Shown here: one piece after another, positions 21,752-31,096 of the stretch
Layout: each line of letters opens with the position of its first letter
Position numbering within the stretch: the first letter of the stretch is position 1
Source: an uncultured Methanomicrobiaceae archaeon
GTDB taxonomy: Archaea > Halobacteriota > Methanomicrobia > Methanomicrobiales > Methanoculleaceae
Direction: 5' to 3'
Assembly (NCBI GenBank): GCA_963826525.1
Contig: CAWGXH010000004.1
Location: 1,280,001 to 1,344,000 of the forward strand
Length of the DNA stretch: 64,000 nucleotides
Position numbers and translations under genes: made by a program
Notes under the pieces: generated by a model
Database searches by the model: none
Seen by the model: only the letters and a program-made list of their open reading frames with translations
What the model was told of the DNA's origin: nothing

Positions 21752-22953
21752 GCTATGTTGCCTCCTTCTCTGACGAGGGAGTCGTTCTCATGCCTTTTAA
21801 CGATTTCGTCGGCGAGGCGATCGAGTGCGGCGAACGCTTCTTCGTCGGGATTGCCCCGGATCATCACCGGTTCGATGAATTCGACCTTGAGCCGATCGAG
21901 CATCCCGGTTGTCCGGTCGACTGCCTTTCCTCCCCACCCATACGACCCGATGACTGCGGCATACCGGGTCTTCGGGCGGAGGAGGTTCGTGATGTAGGCG
22001 GCGGAGATGACCTCCGGGTGCGGGCCGAAAAGGACCGTCGGCGTCCCGATGACGATGGTGGCGGCGTCGACGATCGCCATGGCAAGCTCGCCGGGGTCCG
22101 TTCTCGTCAGATTGAAGGGCTTGACGGTGACGCCTCGTGCAATCAGCGCCCCGGTAAGATGGTCGACCATCTCCCGGGTGCTTCCGTGCATGGAGACGAA
22201 AGGAAGGACGACCTCGTTCTTCACCGCATCGTCCGTCCAGTCGCGGTAGGCGTCGAGGATCCGTGACGGCTGGTCGTGGAGCGGCCCGTGGCTCGGTGCG
22301 ATGATCTCGATCCCAAGCGGTTCGAGCCTCTCCAGGTATCCCTGGATGCTCTTTCGAAACGGCATCATGAGCTCGGCGTAGTAGCGCTTCGCTGCAGGAT
22401 AGAGGGCAGCCGTATCGTCTGCATAGAGATCGCTCGTGGCGTAGTGAGCGCCGAAGAGATCGCAGGAGAAGAGGAGGCGATCCCCCTCGAGGTACGAAAG
22501 TCTGCGTATCCGGCCAGTGGACCCAGGGAGTGATGAAGAATCGGAGTGTCCGGTCGCCGAGAGAGAGCGTGTCGTTGTCCGCGATGACGCGGATCTTTTC
22601 GGATGGGATATGCAGAAGGCTCATCAGGAGATCGCGGGCCTTCGCGTTTGTCACCACCTCCGCACCCTCGTAGCGTTTGAGCAGCACCGGAAGGGATCCC
22701 GAGTGATCCTGCTCGGCGTGGTTGACGACGATGTAATCGATCGACGCGATCCCGAGTCCGTCCAGGTTCGCCAGAGCTCGCTCGTCTTCGTCGGATCGAC
22801 GGTGTCGATCAGGGCTACCTTCTCGCTGCCGCGGACGATATAGGCGTTGTAGCTCGTTCCGTTGGGGAGCGGGATGAGTGCATCGAAGATCTCTCTATCC
22901 CAGTCTATTGCACCGACAGCGAAGCACCCGGGCAGAATCTGCCGTGCCGGCAT
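21748..22953 (-). CDS. fprA: Flavodiiron protein (FprA, O2/NO reductase); frameshifts near 22775 and 22497
   Basis: GTSYNAY, LIDTVD, NHAEQDHSG (shifted frame), PWVHWPD, IAPSHG, SMHGST and GSYGWGG. Confidence 0.92.
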
Positions 22954-22955
22954 GA

Positions 22956-23024
22956 TCAGGCCTCCTCCGGTGGGTGGGTGTTCTCCGTAGCGGCTCTGTG
23001 TGGGTTATGTCGATATACTGCCAT
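22956..23024 (-). pseudogene. 22-aa ORF MAVYRHNPHRAATENTHPPEEA, possible rubredoxin remnant or leader peptide
   Basis: RBS ggaggt upstream; stop lies 2 nt before the fprA ATG; MAVYR resembles rubredoxin N-termini. Confidence 0.35.
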
Positions 23025-23178
23025 CTCGTCTGACCTCCAGGTTCTGCTATGACGATCGGATCCGGCTCTGCTCCGCCCTTGCGCCGTGAATCAGGAGCCC
23101 AAAAGGGGAGCGATCCGATCCGCCCGTTAATTCCCTCTATCCGGCCTGATCGTGGATAACCGTTTCGGCGGTGGCAGA

Positions 23179-23889
23179 TCAGAGAAGTGTCGTCTGTATC
23201 GCTTCACCGCTCCCGCGGCCGTGTCGCCGGACGGTGTTTGAGAAGAGGTGTGCCTGTCGTGTCGGTTCGGGGAGGCGGTACCCCCGGTCGGCGGCGAGGA
23301 CGATTGCGATCGCCGGTGCAAGGTCGATCCGGTGCCCCACGGAGACGTAGACCGATCTGACCCGGCTCTTCGTCCGCACTGCCATCCCGATCGTCTCACC
23401 TTCGTTCATGATCGGGCTCGTCGCCCCCCGCTCCGGTGCAGGTTCGGCCGCCGTTCCGGTGAGGAGCCTCTTTGCGACGCCGATTGTCGGCCGGTCGAGA
23501 AGCACTCCCATGTGGCTCGCTATCCCGAGGCCGCGGGGGTGGGCGATCCCCTGACCGTCGAAGAGGATCACCTCCGGTTCCGACCGTACCTTTCGGAACG
23601 CTTCGAGGAGTGCCGGCCCCTCCCGGAAGGTCAGGAGGCCGGGGATATAGGGAAAACTTGTCTCCGCCCGTGCCCAGGCGTACTCGACCGGAATAAGCTC
23701 CGGAAACGCGAGGACGACGACGGCGGCGTAGATGATGTTCTCCCCCTTCGCATACGATGCGTCCGCGCCGGCGATCAGGCGGATATCTCCGGGATCGCCG
23801 TGGGGGACGACTCTTTTGCGAAGTTCCTCCTGAAGGCTGACCGCCTCTTTTGGCGTGCAATCGAAAGAATGGACGGCAGGGTTCTTCAT
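23179..23889 (-). CDS. nfi: Endonuclease V (deoxyinosine 3'-endonuclease)
   Basis: AGADASY, FPYIPGLLTFRE, DGQGIAHPRGLGIASH, IGVAK, YVSVGH and RLPEPTRQAH. Confidence 0.95.
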   Translation of the reverse strand: MKNPAVHSFDCTPKEAVSLQEELRKRVVPHGDPGDIRLIAGADASYAKGENIIYAAVVVLAFPELIPVEYAWARAETSFPYIPGLLTFREGPALLEAFRKVRSEPEVILFDGQGIAHPRGLGIASHMGVLLDRPTIGVAKRLLTGTAAEPAPERGATSPIMNEGETIGMAVRTKSRVRSVYVSVGHRIDLAPAIAIVLAADRGYRLPEPTRQAHLFSNTVRRHGRGSGEAIQTTLL

Positions 23890-25085
23890 ATCCGCCTCCC
23901 CACGCCGCTTTCCACCGCCGCCTCGTACACCGCCTCCGAAACCTCCTTCGTCACCCGTTTGTCAAGGATACTCGGGAGGATCCGCTCCCTGGTCGGCCGG
24001 GTTACGAATCCGGCGAGGGCGTGGGCGGCAGCGAGTTTCATCGTATCGTTGATAGCCGTTGCCCGGGCGTCGAGTGCTCCCCGGAAGACACCGGGAAATG
24101 CGAGGACGTTGTTGATCTGGTTAGGAAAGTCTGAGCGGCCGGTGCCGATCACCGCTGCTCCCGCACGTTCGGCGGCATCCGGCATGATCTCGGGGACGGG
24201 GTTTGCGAGAGCGAAGACGATTGGGTGGGGAGCCATGGCCCTCACCATCGATTCGGTGACGATCCCTCCCACAGAGACCCCTATAAGTGCGTCCGCTCCC
24301 TGCATGGCATCGGCGAGTGTCCCGTGCCGGTTCTCCGGGTTGGTCTCGTGGGCAAGGATATATTTGTGCGTGTTCTTCAGGAGATCGCCCCGTCCCCGGT
24401 AGAGGATCCCCTGCGTATCGGCGACGACGATCTCCCTGACCGGGCTGCAGCTGCCCCCCTCCACCCCGAGGCACCGGAGTAGCCGGACTACGGCGTACCC
24501 CGCCGCCCCCGCACCGCTCACCGCGATGGTGAGGTCCTCGAATTTCCTTCCGGTGACCAGGGCGGCGTTCATGAGTGCGGCGAGAACCACGATCGCCGTC
24601 CCATGCTGGTCGTCATGCATCACCGGGATGCCGAGATCTCCGAGCGCCTCTTCAACCTCAAAACAGTTCGGTGCGGCGATATCCTCGAGGTTAATCCCGC
24701 CGAAGACCGGGGCGATCTTTCTGACACCGTCGACGAGATCGGCAGGGGAGCCATCAAAGCAGATCGGGATGGCATCGATCCCGGCGAATTCCCGGAAGAG
24801 TATCGCCTTCCCCTCCATCACCGGGATTGCGGCGGAAGCGCCGATGTTGCCGAGGCCGAGCACCGCCGAGCCGTCCGTTACTATCGCGACGGTGTTTGCC
24901 TTCATGGTGTAATCGTAGGCTTTTGCCGGGTCTCTCCGGATCTCCCGGCAGACCTCTGCCACACCGGGCGTATAGGCCAGGGCAAGGTCGTGCATGGTCC
25001 GAAGAGGCACTTTGGAACAGACTGCGAGTTTTCCACGGCATTTCCTGTGCAGAGTGAGTGACTCGCGGTAGAGTTCCTCATCCAT
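23886..25085 (-). CDS. NAD(P)-dependent malic enzyme
   Basis: AYTPGVA, TDGSAVLGLG, VMEGKA, INLEDI, HDDQHGTA, GAGAAG and QINNVLAFPG. Confidence 0.95.
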   Translation of the reverse strand: MDEELYRESLTLHRKCRGKLAVCSKVPLRTMHDLALAYTPGVAEVCREIRRDPAKAYDYTMKANTVAIVTDGSAVLGLGNIGASAAIPVMEGKAILFREFAGIDAIPICFDGSPADLVDGVRKIAPVFGGINLEDIAAPNCFEVEEALGDLGIPVMHDDQHGTAIVVLAALMNAALVTGRKFEDLTIAVSGAGAAGYAVVRLLRCLGVEGGSCSPVREIVVADTQGILYRGRGDLLKNTHKYILAHETNPENRHGTLADAMQGADALIGVSVGGIVTESMVRAMAPHPIVFALANPVPEIMPDAAERAGAAVIGTGRSDFPNQINNVLAFPGVFRGALDARATAINDTMKLAAAHALAGFVTRPTRERILPSILDKRVTKEVSEAVYEAAVESGVGRRI

Positions 25086-25267
25086 ACTGCCGACTTGCCG
25101 GTAAGCTACATCTACCTTTCCGTAACCCGCTCCCGGGCCTGCTGGGTGGCCGCTACGACCCTCTGACCGGGTGGCTGGCTGTTTGAGGCGGCCTCATGCC
25201 GTATCTTCGATACTGCGGAACGTATTTATGCTCTGAGTTAGGGGTATCCGCCTGACTGAAATGTGAG

Positions 25268-25471
25268 GTGGGAACTGTGGTCAGGTGGGTCTGCAGTATC
25301 TGTGACTATGTATACGACGAGGAGATGGGGGATCCGGCAACCGGGATTCCGCCCGGAACCGCTTTCCACGACCTTCCCGACGACTGGCAGTGTCCGGGCT
25401 GCCGGGTCGGCAAGGAGGCGTTCGTGCGCAGCGAAGGGAGAGAGGATGTGAATGACGATGACGAACTCTGA
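25268..25471 (+). CDS. Rubredoxin
   Basis: CSICDYVYD...GTAFHDLPDDWQCPGC. Confidence 0.92.
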   Translation: MGTVVRWVCSICDYVYDEEMGDPATGIPPGTAFHDLPDDWQCPGCRVGKEAFVRSEGREDVNDDDEL

Positions 25472-27065
25472 ATCGACCACGGTCGCCGATCTCATGGCGG
25501 CCGAGCTCGCTGCGTGGGGTATCCGCCTGATTTTCGGGATGCCTGGGGGTTCGTCGCTCCCGCTCGTCGATGCTATCCGGAGACGGGACGACCTCCGGTA
25601 TATCGTCGTCCGGCACGAGGAGACGGCGGCGATGGCGGCGTCGGCGTACAACAAACTCACCGGTGGAATTGCCGTCTGCCTGACCATCGCCGGTCCCGGC
25701 GCCACCAACCTTGCGACGGGCCTGTACGACGCCAAAGAGGATCGCGCTTCGGTCCTTGCGCTGAACGGGCAGGTGAAGACGCAGTACACCGGTCCCGGCG
25801 GATTTCAGGAGATTGACCAGGACGCGTTCTTCCGGCCGGTGACGGTCTTCAACAATACTGTCTCCGATCGGTCGACGGCAGTCGAGCTCCTGACACGAGC
25901 CCTGCGCTACGCGATCATCGATCACGGTGTCGCCCAGCTCTCCGTGCCGAGCGACATCCAGAAAGAGAGGCTTACGGCCTCCTCCTGCAGGCGGGAGGCC
26001 TGCCTGCAGGACGGGGCGATCGTTCCTGCCGGGGATGCTGTCGATGGCGCGGCGAAGGTGATCGACCGGGCGAATCATCCCGTTATCGTTGCCGGATGGG
26101 GTGCCATGAAGGCTGCCCCGCACGTCCTCAACCTTGCCCGGAAGATTGGAGCGCCGATCGTCACCACGTTCCGTGCCAAAGGCATCATTCCGGAGGATAA
26201 CGAGTGGGTTATCGGTATTCACGGTCCCATAGGGCCCCCGCAGGCGGCACAGGCAGTGAAGGACGCCGATCTCCTGATCACCTGTGGGGTCGGTTTCTCG
26301 CAGTATACGGGTCTCCCGGGCGACAAACCGACGGTGCAGATCGAGGTCGACCCGCTCCGGATCGGGAGGCACCCGTTCGCCGCTGCGCTCTGGGGGAGCA
26401 CCGAGCACGTCCTCCCGAAACTCGTCGGGCGCGTTCGGAAGCGGGAGAGGGAACCGGTCCTGCAGAGCATCGCCGCTATGAAGCGGGAGTGGAGAGAGAC
26501 GCTCGACCGCGAGGCAGACCCTGAGGCGGTTCCGCTCCGCCCGCCGTTCATTATGAAGGTTCTCTCGGAGACCCTTCCCGAAGATGCGGTGATCACCGTT
26601 GACGTCGGGGAGAACGGGTGGTGGTTCGGCCGGAACTTCCTGATGAAGAACCAGCGCTTCGCAATGTCGGGCTACCTCGGCACGATGGGGTTTGGGCTTC
26701 CCGGTGCGATCGCGGGAAAACTCGCCTACCCCGAAAAGACCGTCGTCTGCATAACCGGTGACGGCAGTTTTGCCATGGTGATGGGGGAGTTCCTCACCGC
26801 CGTCAAGTACAACCTCCCCATGGTGGTGGTTATCCTGAACAACCACGAGCTCGCCATGATCACGCAGGAGCAGAAAGAGGCGCACTACCCGCCCTATGCG
26901 ACCGATCTCCTCAATCCGGACTTCGCCGCCTACGCTGGACTCTGCGGCGGCGCCGGGCGGAGGGTTACCCGACCGGCAGACCTCCAGGATGCGCTCATCG
27001 AAGCGATAGAGGCCGACCAGCCGTTCATCGTGGATATCGAGACGGATCCGAAACGGTTCGAATGA
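25452..27065 (+). CDS. Thiamine-diphosphate enzyme, pyruvate oxidase (PoxB-like) / acetolactate synthase family
   Basis: FGMPGGS, RHEETAAMAA, AGPGATN, FQEID, GTMGFGLPGA and GDGSF...LNN ThDP motif. Confidence 0.88.
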   Translation: MTMTNSESTTVADLMAAELAAWGIRLIFGMPGGSSLPLVDAIRRRDDLRYIVVRHEETAAMAASAYNKLTGGIAVCLTIAGPGATNLATGLYDAKEDRASVLALNGQVKTQYTGPGGFQEIDQDAFFRPVTVFNNTVSDRSTAVELLTRALRYAIIDHGVAQLSVPSDIQKERLTASSCRREACLQDGAIVPAGDAVDGAAKVIDRANHPVIVAGWGAMKAAPHVLNLARKIGAPIVTTFRAKGIIPEDNEWVIGIHGPIGPPQAAQAVKDADLLITCGVGFSQYTGLPGDKPTVQIEVDPLRIGRHPFAAALWGSTEHVLPKLVGRVRKREREPVLQSIAAMKREWRETLDREADPEAVPLRPPFIMKVLSETLPEDAVITVDVGENGWWFGRNFLMKNQRFAMSGYLGTMGFGLPGAIAGKLAYPEKTVVCITGDGSFAMVMGEFLTAVKYNLPMVVVILNNHELAMITQEQKEAHYPPYATDLLNPDFAAYAGLCGGAGRRVTRPADLQDALIEAIEADQPFIVDIETDPKRFE

Positions 27066-27126
27066 CTGCCGCCGTCCGTGGCGGTGTGGAAACGGTGATA
27101 TACCGGCGGCGAGATGATGGCGTTCT

Positions 27127-27462
27127 ATGACCACTACAGATGAGGAGATGGCGACGGTTGCGGCGAAGGTGCGGCGAGCTGTTCCCGGTCTTGCTGCCCG
27201 GGAAGAGCAGGAACGAAAAGACGCTCTTAAGGCTCTTCGGGAGCTCTGCAACTGTCCGGGATGCCCGACATACAACATCTGTGCGGAGCAGGCCGGTGAG
27301 AGGTTCTTCTGTGCAGAGGGAGGAAGCACAGTCTGCATCTCGAGCGAACGCGGGTGTCTCTGCCCCGACTGTCCTGTCCATGCCGAAATGGGTCTTCAGC
27401 ACCGATCCTTCTGCACGAGAGGCTCGGAGGCGATACAGGGGTACGAGACATCCCCCCGTTGA
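27127..27462 (+). CDS. Cys-rich protein, DUF2769-like (copy 1)
   Basis: CNCPGCPTYNIC...FC...CI...GCLCPDCPVH...FCTRG. Confidence 0.78.
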   Translation: MTTTDEEMATVAAKVRRAVPGLAAREEQERKDALKALRELCNCPGCPTYNICAEQAGERFFCAEGGSTVCISSERGCLCPDCPVHAEMGLQHRSFCTRGSEAIQGYETSPR

Positions 27463-27641
27463 GCGGGGCGGAATGCTTAATAGCACCCGGATGCACCGGC
27501 CATGAAAAGGGGACGCGAGGATGATTAATCTGTTTGAGGCGGTCCGTTGCACGAGGATGGAATCCAAGGCTGGAGCCAGCAGTATGAACGCACCGCATGG
27601 GGTATCCGGTTCTGAAGCGATCCGGTGCGGGGGAGCGTAGC

Positions 27642-27956
27642 ATGCCGAAGTTCGAGGAGCAGGGACGGGATCTGGCTGAGCGGGATCGGAACGAACGGAT
27701 GCGGATGATCGCATCGCTCAACCTCCAATGCAGGTGTCCCGGATGCCCGACACACACTGACTGCGCAAAAAGGAACCGGGAGAAACTCTTCTGCTTCAAC
27801 GGGAAGAGTTTCATATGCATCGATACGGAGAGGGAATGCCTCTGTCCCGGCTGCCCGGTTCACGATGAGATGGGGCTCCGCTACAACTTTTTCTGCACGC
27901 GGGGTTCGGAGAAGGCACAGCGCTATGAACACGATGTATGGGGGATCCAGCACTAA
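27642..27956 (+). CDS. Cys-rich protein, DUF2769-like (copy 2)
   Basis: CRCPGCPTHTDC...LFC..GKS..CI...CLCPGCPVH...FCTRG; RBS gggag before ATG 27642. Confidence 0.78.
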   Translation: MPKFEEQGRDLAERDRNERMRMIASLNLQCRCPGCPTHTDCAKRNREKLFCFNGKSFICIDTERECLCPGCPVHDEMGLRYNFFCTRGSEKAQRYEHDVWGIQH

Positions 27957-27976
27957 CGGTTCCGAAAAATGGGGAG

Positions 27977-28225
27977 TCATCCGCCGCTTACGTAGTCATA
28001 CAGAAAGGCGGCGAGAACTGCCCCGACGATCGGCCCGATGATGTAGATCGGGAAGAACTCCCAGAAATTCGTACCGCCGAGGAGCCAGTCGCCAAGATAC
28101 GGGTCGAAGGTTCGTGTGGGGTTGAGCGACGAACCGGCGATGTTCCCGGTCGTCGTGATGATCCCGGCAACGGTCAGTCCGACGACGAGTCCGGCAAAAC
28201 CGGGAGGCGCTCGCCTCTGCGTATA
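27977..28225 (-). pseudogene. C-terminal fragment of archaeal aquaporin (AqpM/MIP)
   Basis: APPGFAGLVVGLTVAGIITTTGNIAGSSLNPTRTF...IYIIGPIVGAVLAAFLYDY; N-terminal two-thirds absent. Confidence 0.8.
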
Positions 28226-28323
28226 CGCAACGAGGCAAGGCGCATCCGGTACCGGCGTGCCCCTCCGGTTGCTAGGCAAAAAAGATTCAGGGGGATAGTC
28301 CCTTCTATTCCCTTCTATCCGGC

Positions 28324-28542
28324 TCAGGATCGCTTCTGTCCGCCGAATGCCTCACGACATTCCGGGCAGAGGACCCGCGGCACCTGTCGTTTCATCTCCC
28401 TGGCCGGGAACGGGTAGCCGCCCTCCCAGAGTTCGACGCTATCCCGCATGGTATGCTCCATACACAGACCCATTCCGCAGACGATGCAGACGGCAACCGC
28501 ATCGCTCCCCGCTCCTTCCGTGGCACATACATAGCACCGCAT
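28324..28542 (-). CDS. DUF2180-like small Zn-finger protein
   Basis: MRCYVC...AVCIVCGMGLCMEH...WEGGYP...RVLCPEC. Confidence 0.8.
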   Translation of the reverse strand: MRCYVCATEGAGSDAVAVCIVCGMGLCMEHTMRDSVELWEGGYPFPAREMKRQVPRVLCPECREAFGGQKRS

Positions 28543-28760
28543 TTGTAACCCCTCCTGTTCCACCGGCAGTGCAGAAGACCGTTTCGTATGCTGAAGAGAT
28601 TGGTTCTCTATGTCCCTGTCTAAAAACGGGGCACGCACGGCTCGATGGGAGCACATGTGTAGCGGCGATCATCGCGCATATACATTTCGGTGGACTGGGA
28701 AGAGGCCCCCGGATTCTACTGGTCCGTGTTGGTTCTAGCAAAGTGTCGTCCGGTCATCTG

Positions 28761-29762
28761 CTAGAACCACTGATCCAGCGTCTTCTGATGTGCCTTTACC
28801 GAGAACTTCTCGAGAGCCCCTTCGACGCGCTCCCGTGAAAAATCGAACCTGCCGGAGAGCATCTCGACGACGCCGTCGGTATCCGGCGGCGACCAGGTGA
28901 GGTGGTAGTCGTCGGAGACCGGGGGGTTTAAGAAGAACTCCCTGATGGGCGTGGGATCGAACCCCGGCAGCCTTTCGGCGATGACGGATTCAAACTCCCC
29001 GTTTCGCACCAGTTTGAGTGCGGTCTTTCCGCCGACGCCCTTTATCCCGGGATGGTAGTCGGTGCCGACCAGGATACCGATCTCGACGAGGCCTTCACGG
29101 GTGATGCCGAGACAGTCAAGCAGGGTGTCAAGGACGATTCGCTCCGGACTGACCGTTATCGTCCGCCCCCGCATCTTTCGCCGTCCGCTTACGGTGAGGT
29201 TCCGGACGAGGACCGGCGAGCCGAAGAGGAGTGAGTCATAGTCCTGCGAGACGGCGAACCGGACGCTTCCCTTCTGTGCCATGTAGGCTGCCTGCGCTTC
29301 ACCCTCGCTTGGCGCCTGCACCCAGGGGATGCCGAGGAGCGTTAAGAGTTCCTGCGCGCTCCCGGTGATTGAGGCGTCGACGCGGGCGGAAGCACTCGCT
29401 TGCTTGTATGCTTCGGTTATGTCGCCGACCCGGAGCGCCTCCTTCCAGGCATCTCCCGCGCGGGTTCTGACCTCCCGCCGCTGATCGATCGTCTCCTGCT
29501 TGAACGTCGGGGGTGTGCCGTCGAAGACGTAGACCGGGCGGAGGCCCTTCTCGACGAAATTTGCGGTCCGGAAGAGGAGTCCCGTCAGGTGCGAGGTTAT
29601 CTGTCCCTCGGCGCTCATCAGTGGCGTGCCGTCGGGCTGCCGGATGATCGAGAGAAACTGGTACAGCGCATTGTGCGCGTCTATGGCGGCGATACCGGAA
29701 AGCGCGTCCAGGTCGACCGTCTCCCTGCAGTCGGCAGCAAGATCGCGGAGTGCAACACCCAT
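28761..29762 (-). CDS. fen: Flap endonuclease 1
   Basis: AIDAHNALYQFLSIIRQPDG, APSEGEAQAA, SQDYD, GTDY and the C-terminal PIP box QKTLDQWF. Confidence 0.97.
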   Translation of the reverse strand: MGVALRDLAADCRETVDLDALSGIAAIDAHNALYQFLSIIRQPDGTPLMSAEGQITSHLTGLLFRTANFVEKGLRPVYVFDGTPPTFKQETIDQRREVRTRAGDAWKEALRVGDITEAYKQASASARVDASITGSAQELLTLLGIPWVQAPSEGEAQAAYMAQKGSVRFAVSQDYDSLLFGSPVLVRNLTVSGRRKMRGRTITVSPERIVLDTLLDCLGITREGLVEIGILVGTDYHPGIKGVGGKTALKLVRNGEFESVIAERLPGFDPTPIREFFLNPPVSDDYHLTWSPPDTDGVVEMLSGRFDFSRERVEGALEKFSVKAHQKTLDQWF

Positions 29763-29812
29763 ATATCCTACCAATGAGCCGGGATGTGCGTATAAATGTT
29801 GGTGATCGGGGG

Positions 29813-30127
29813 TCAGCGGTACATCCGCCGTGAGAGCCCGTCGACGATATCCTCCATATGAGCGACGGTATTATCATATTTGGCGTTCATTGTCGCTGCC
29901 ATCTCTTCGAGGTTTACCCGCATGGTGCGTTCTCTGTTGATGACATTCTGTTCGAGGCTTATGATCTTCATGCCGAGGGAGATGATCAGACCGCCAAGAG
30001 AGAGCATCATGAAGGTGGCCGCCACCGCGAGGATCAGATCCTGCCAGAACCGCATCACCAGAACGACGGTGGAGATCACCATCACGATGGTCAGAATAAT
30101 GTCCGTGATGAGTTCACGAATATCCAT
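29813..30127 (-). CDS. Hypothetical membrane protein (2 TM + coiled coil)
   Basis: Two hydrophobic helices followed by a heptad-like tail. Confidence 0.7.
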   Translation of the reverse strand: MDIRELITDIILTIVMVISTVVLVMRFWQDLILAVAATFMMLSLGGLIISLGMKIISLEQNVINRERTMRVNLEEMAATMNAKYDNTVAHMEDIVDGLSRRMYR

Positions 30128-30181
30128 ACTTTTAGATGATGAAAATGAATTAATTAACCTACCTATAAGTAACGGAGAAGT

Positions 30182-31096
30182 ATGATGCAGATACGTGACT
30201 GGTTACCGTTTGTCGGGATGCCCCTGATGCTCCTGTTTGTTCAGTTGATCGCAATAGTACTCTCCATCCCCATGCAGGAGGCAGGACTTGCGGCCTTCGA
30301 GGATCCGACCTCGGTAGCAAACCCCCTGATATTCATCGGCATGCTGCTTGCGTTTACACTCGTCCTGTTGATCCTTATAAAAAAGGGTGGGAAGCGCATC
30401 ATCGGTCTCTTTATCGCATTCTCGATATTTCTGACCTTCACCTATATCTTCGGGGCGATCGGCCTCTGGTACCTCGGTCTCTCGGATGTTACGGCGGTTG
30501 CGACGCTGCTCCTTGCCGCCGGAGCGACGGCACTCCTGTACTTCTATCCCGAGTGGTACGTCATCGACGTTCTCGGGGTGCTGATATCGGCCGGCGTCGC
30601 CTCCATATTCGGGATATCGCTCGCGATCCTGCCGGTGCTGGTGCTTCTCGTCCTGCTTGCGGTGTACGATGCGATCTCGGTCTACAAGACAAAGCACATG
30701 ATAACGCTCGCGGAAGGCGTCCTTGAGATGAAGACCCCTATTCTGGTGGTCGTCCCGAAGAGGAGGGACTACTCGTTCCGCAAAGAAGGTCTTGATATTG
30801 GAAAGGATAAAGGAGAGCGGGGTGCGTTCGTCATGGGAATGGGAGATCTGATCATGCCTTCCATCCTCGTGGCCTCCTCGTATATCTTCGTCGCCGCGCC
30901 GCCGGTCATCTGGGTGCTCTCCCTCCCCACCCTCGGCGCGATGGCAGGATCGCTTGCGGGCCTTGCGGTGCTGCTCTTCTTCGTCAACCAGGGAAAACCT
31001 CAGGCAGGTCTTCCCCCGCTGAACGGGGGAGCCATCGCCGGTTTTATTCTTGGATGTATTCTGGCGGGGACACTGGCCGGATGCTTCGGTGTGTGA
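30182..31096 (+). CDS. Presenilin-family GxGD intramembrane aspartyl protease (PSH)
   Basis: AVYDAISVY, MGMGDL and QAGLPPLN; about 9 TM helices. Confidence 0.93.
   Translation: MMQIRDWLPFVGMPLMLLFVQLIAIVLSIPMQEAGLAAFEDPTSVANPLIFIGMLLAFTLVLLILIKKGGKRIIGLFIAFSIFLTFTYIFGAIGLWYLGLSDVTAVATLLLAAGATALLYFYPEWYVIDVLGVLISAGVASIFGISLAILPVLVLLVLLAVYDAISVYKTKHMITLAEGVLEMKTPILVVVPKRRDYSFRKEGLDIGKDKGERGAFVMGMGDLIMPSILVASSYIFVAAPPVIWVLSLPTLGAMAGSLAGLAVLLFFVNQGKPQAGLPPLNGGAIAGFILGCILAGTLAGCFGV

Noticed and set aside
25281-27338. Long antisense ORFs (e.g. 25281..27338 -, 53059..55011 +, 3902..5089 +, 23248..24402 +)
   Set aside because: Shadow frames of well-supported genes in high-GC DNA, with no recognisable motifs.
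25179-27542. 13-bp direct repeat ctgtttgaggcgg at 25179 and 27530
   Set aside because: Exact matches of this length are expected by chance in 64 kb, and there is no transposase or consistent position relative to promoters.
30182-31096. Presenilin homologue as a novelty
   Set aside because: PSH from Methanoculleus is a well-characterised family, and the catalytic YD and GxGD motifs here are ordinary.
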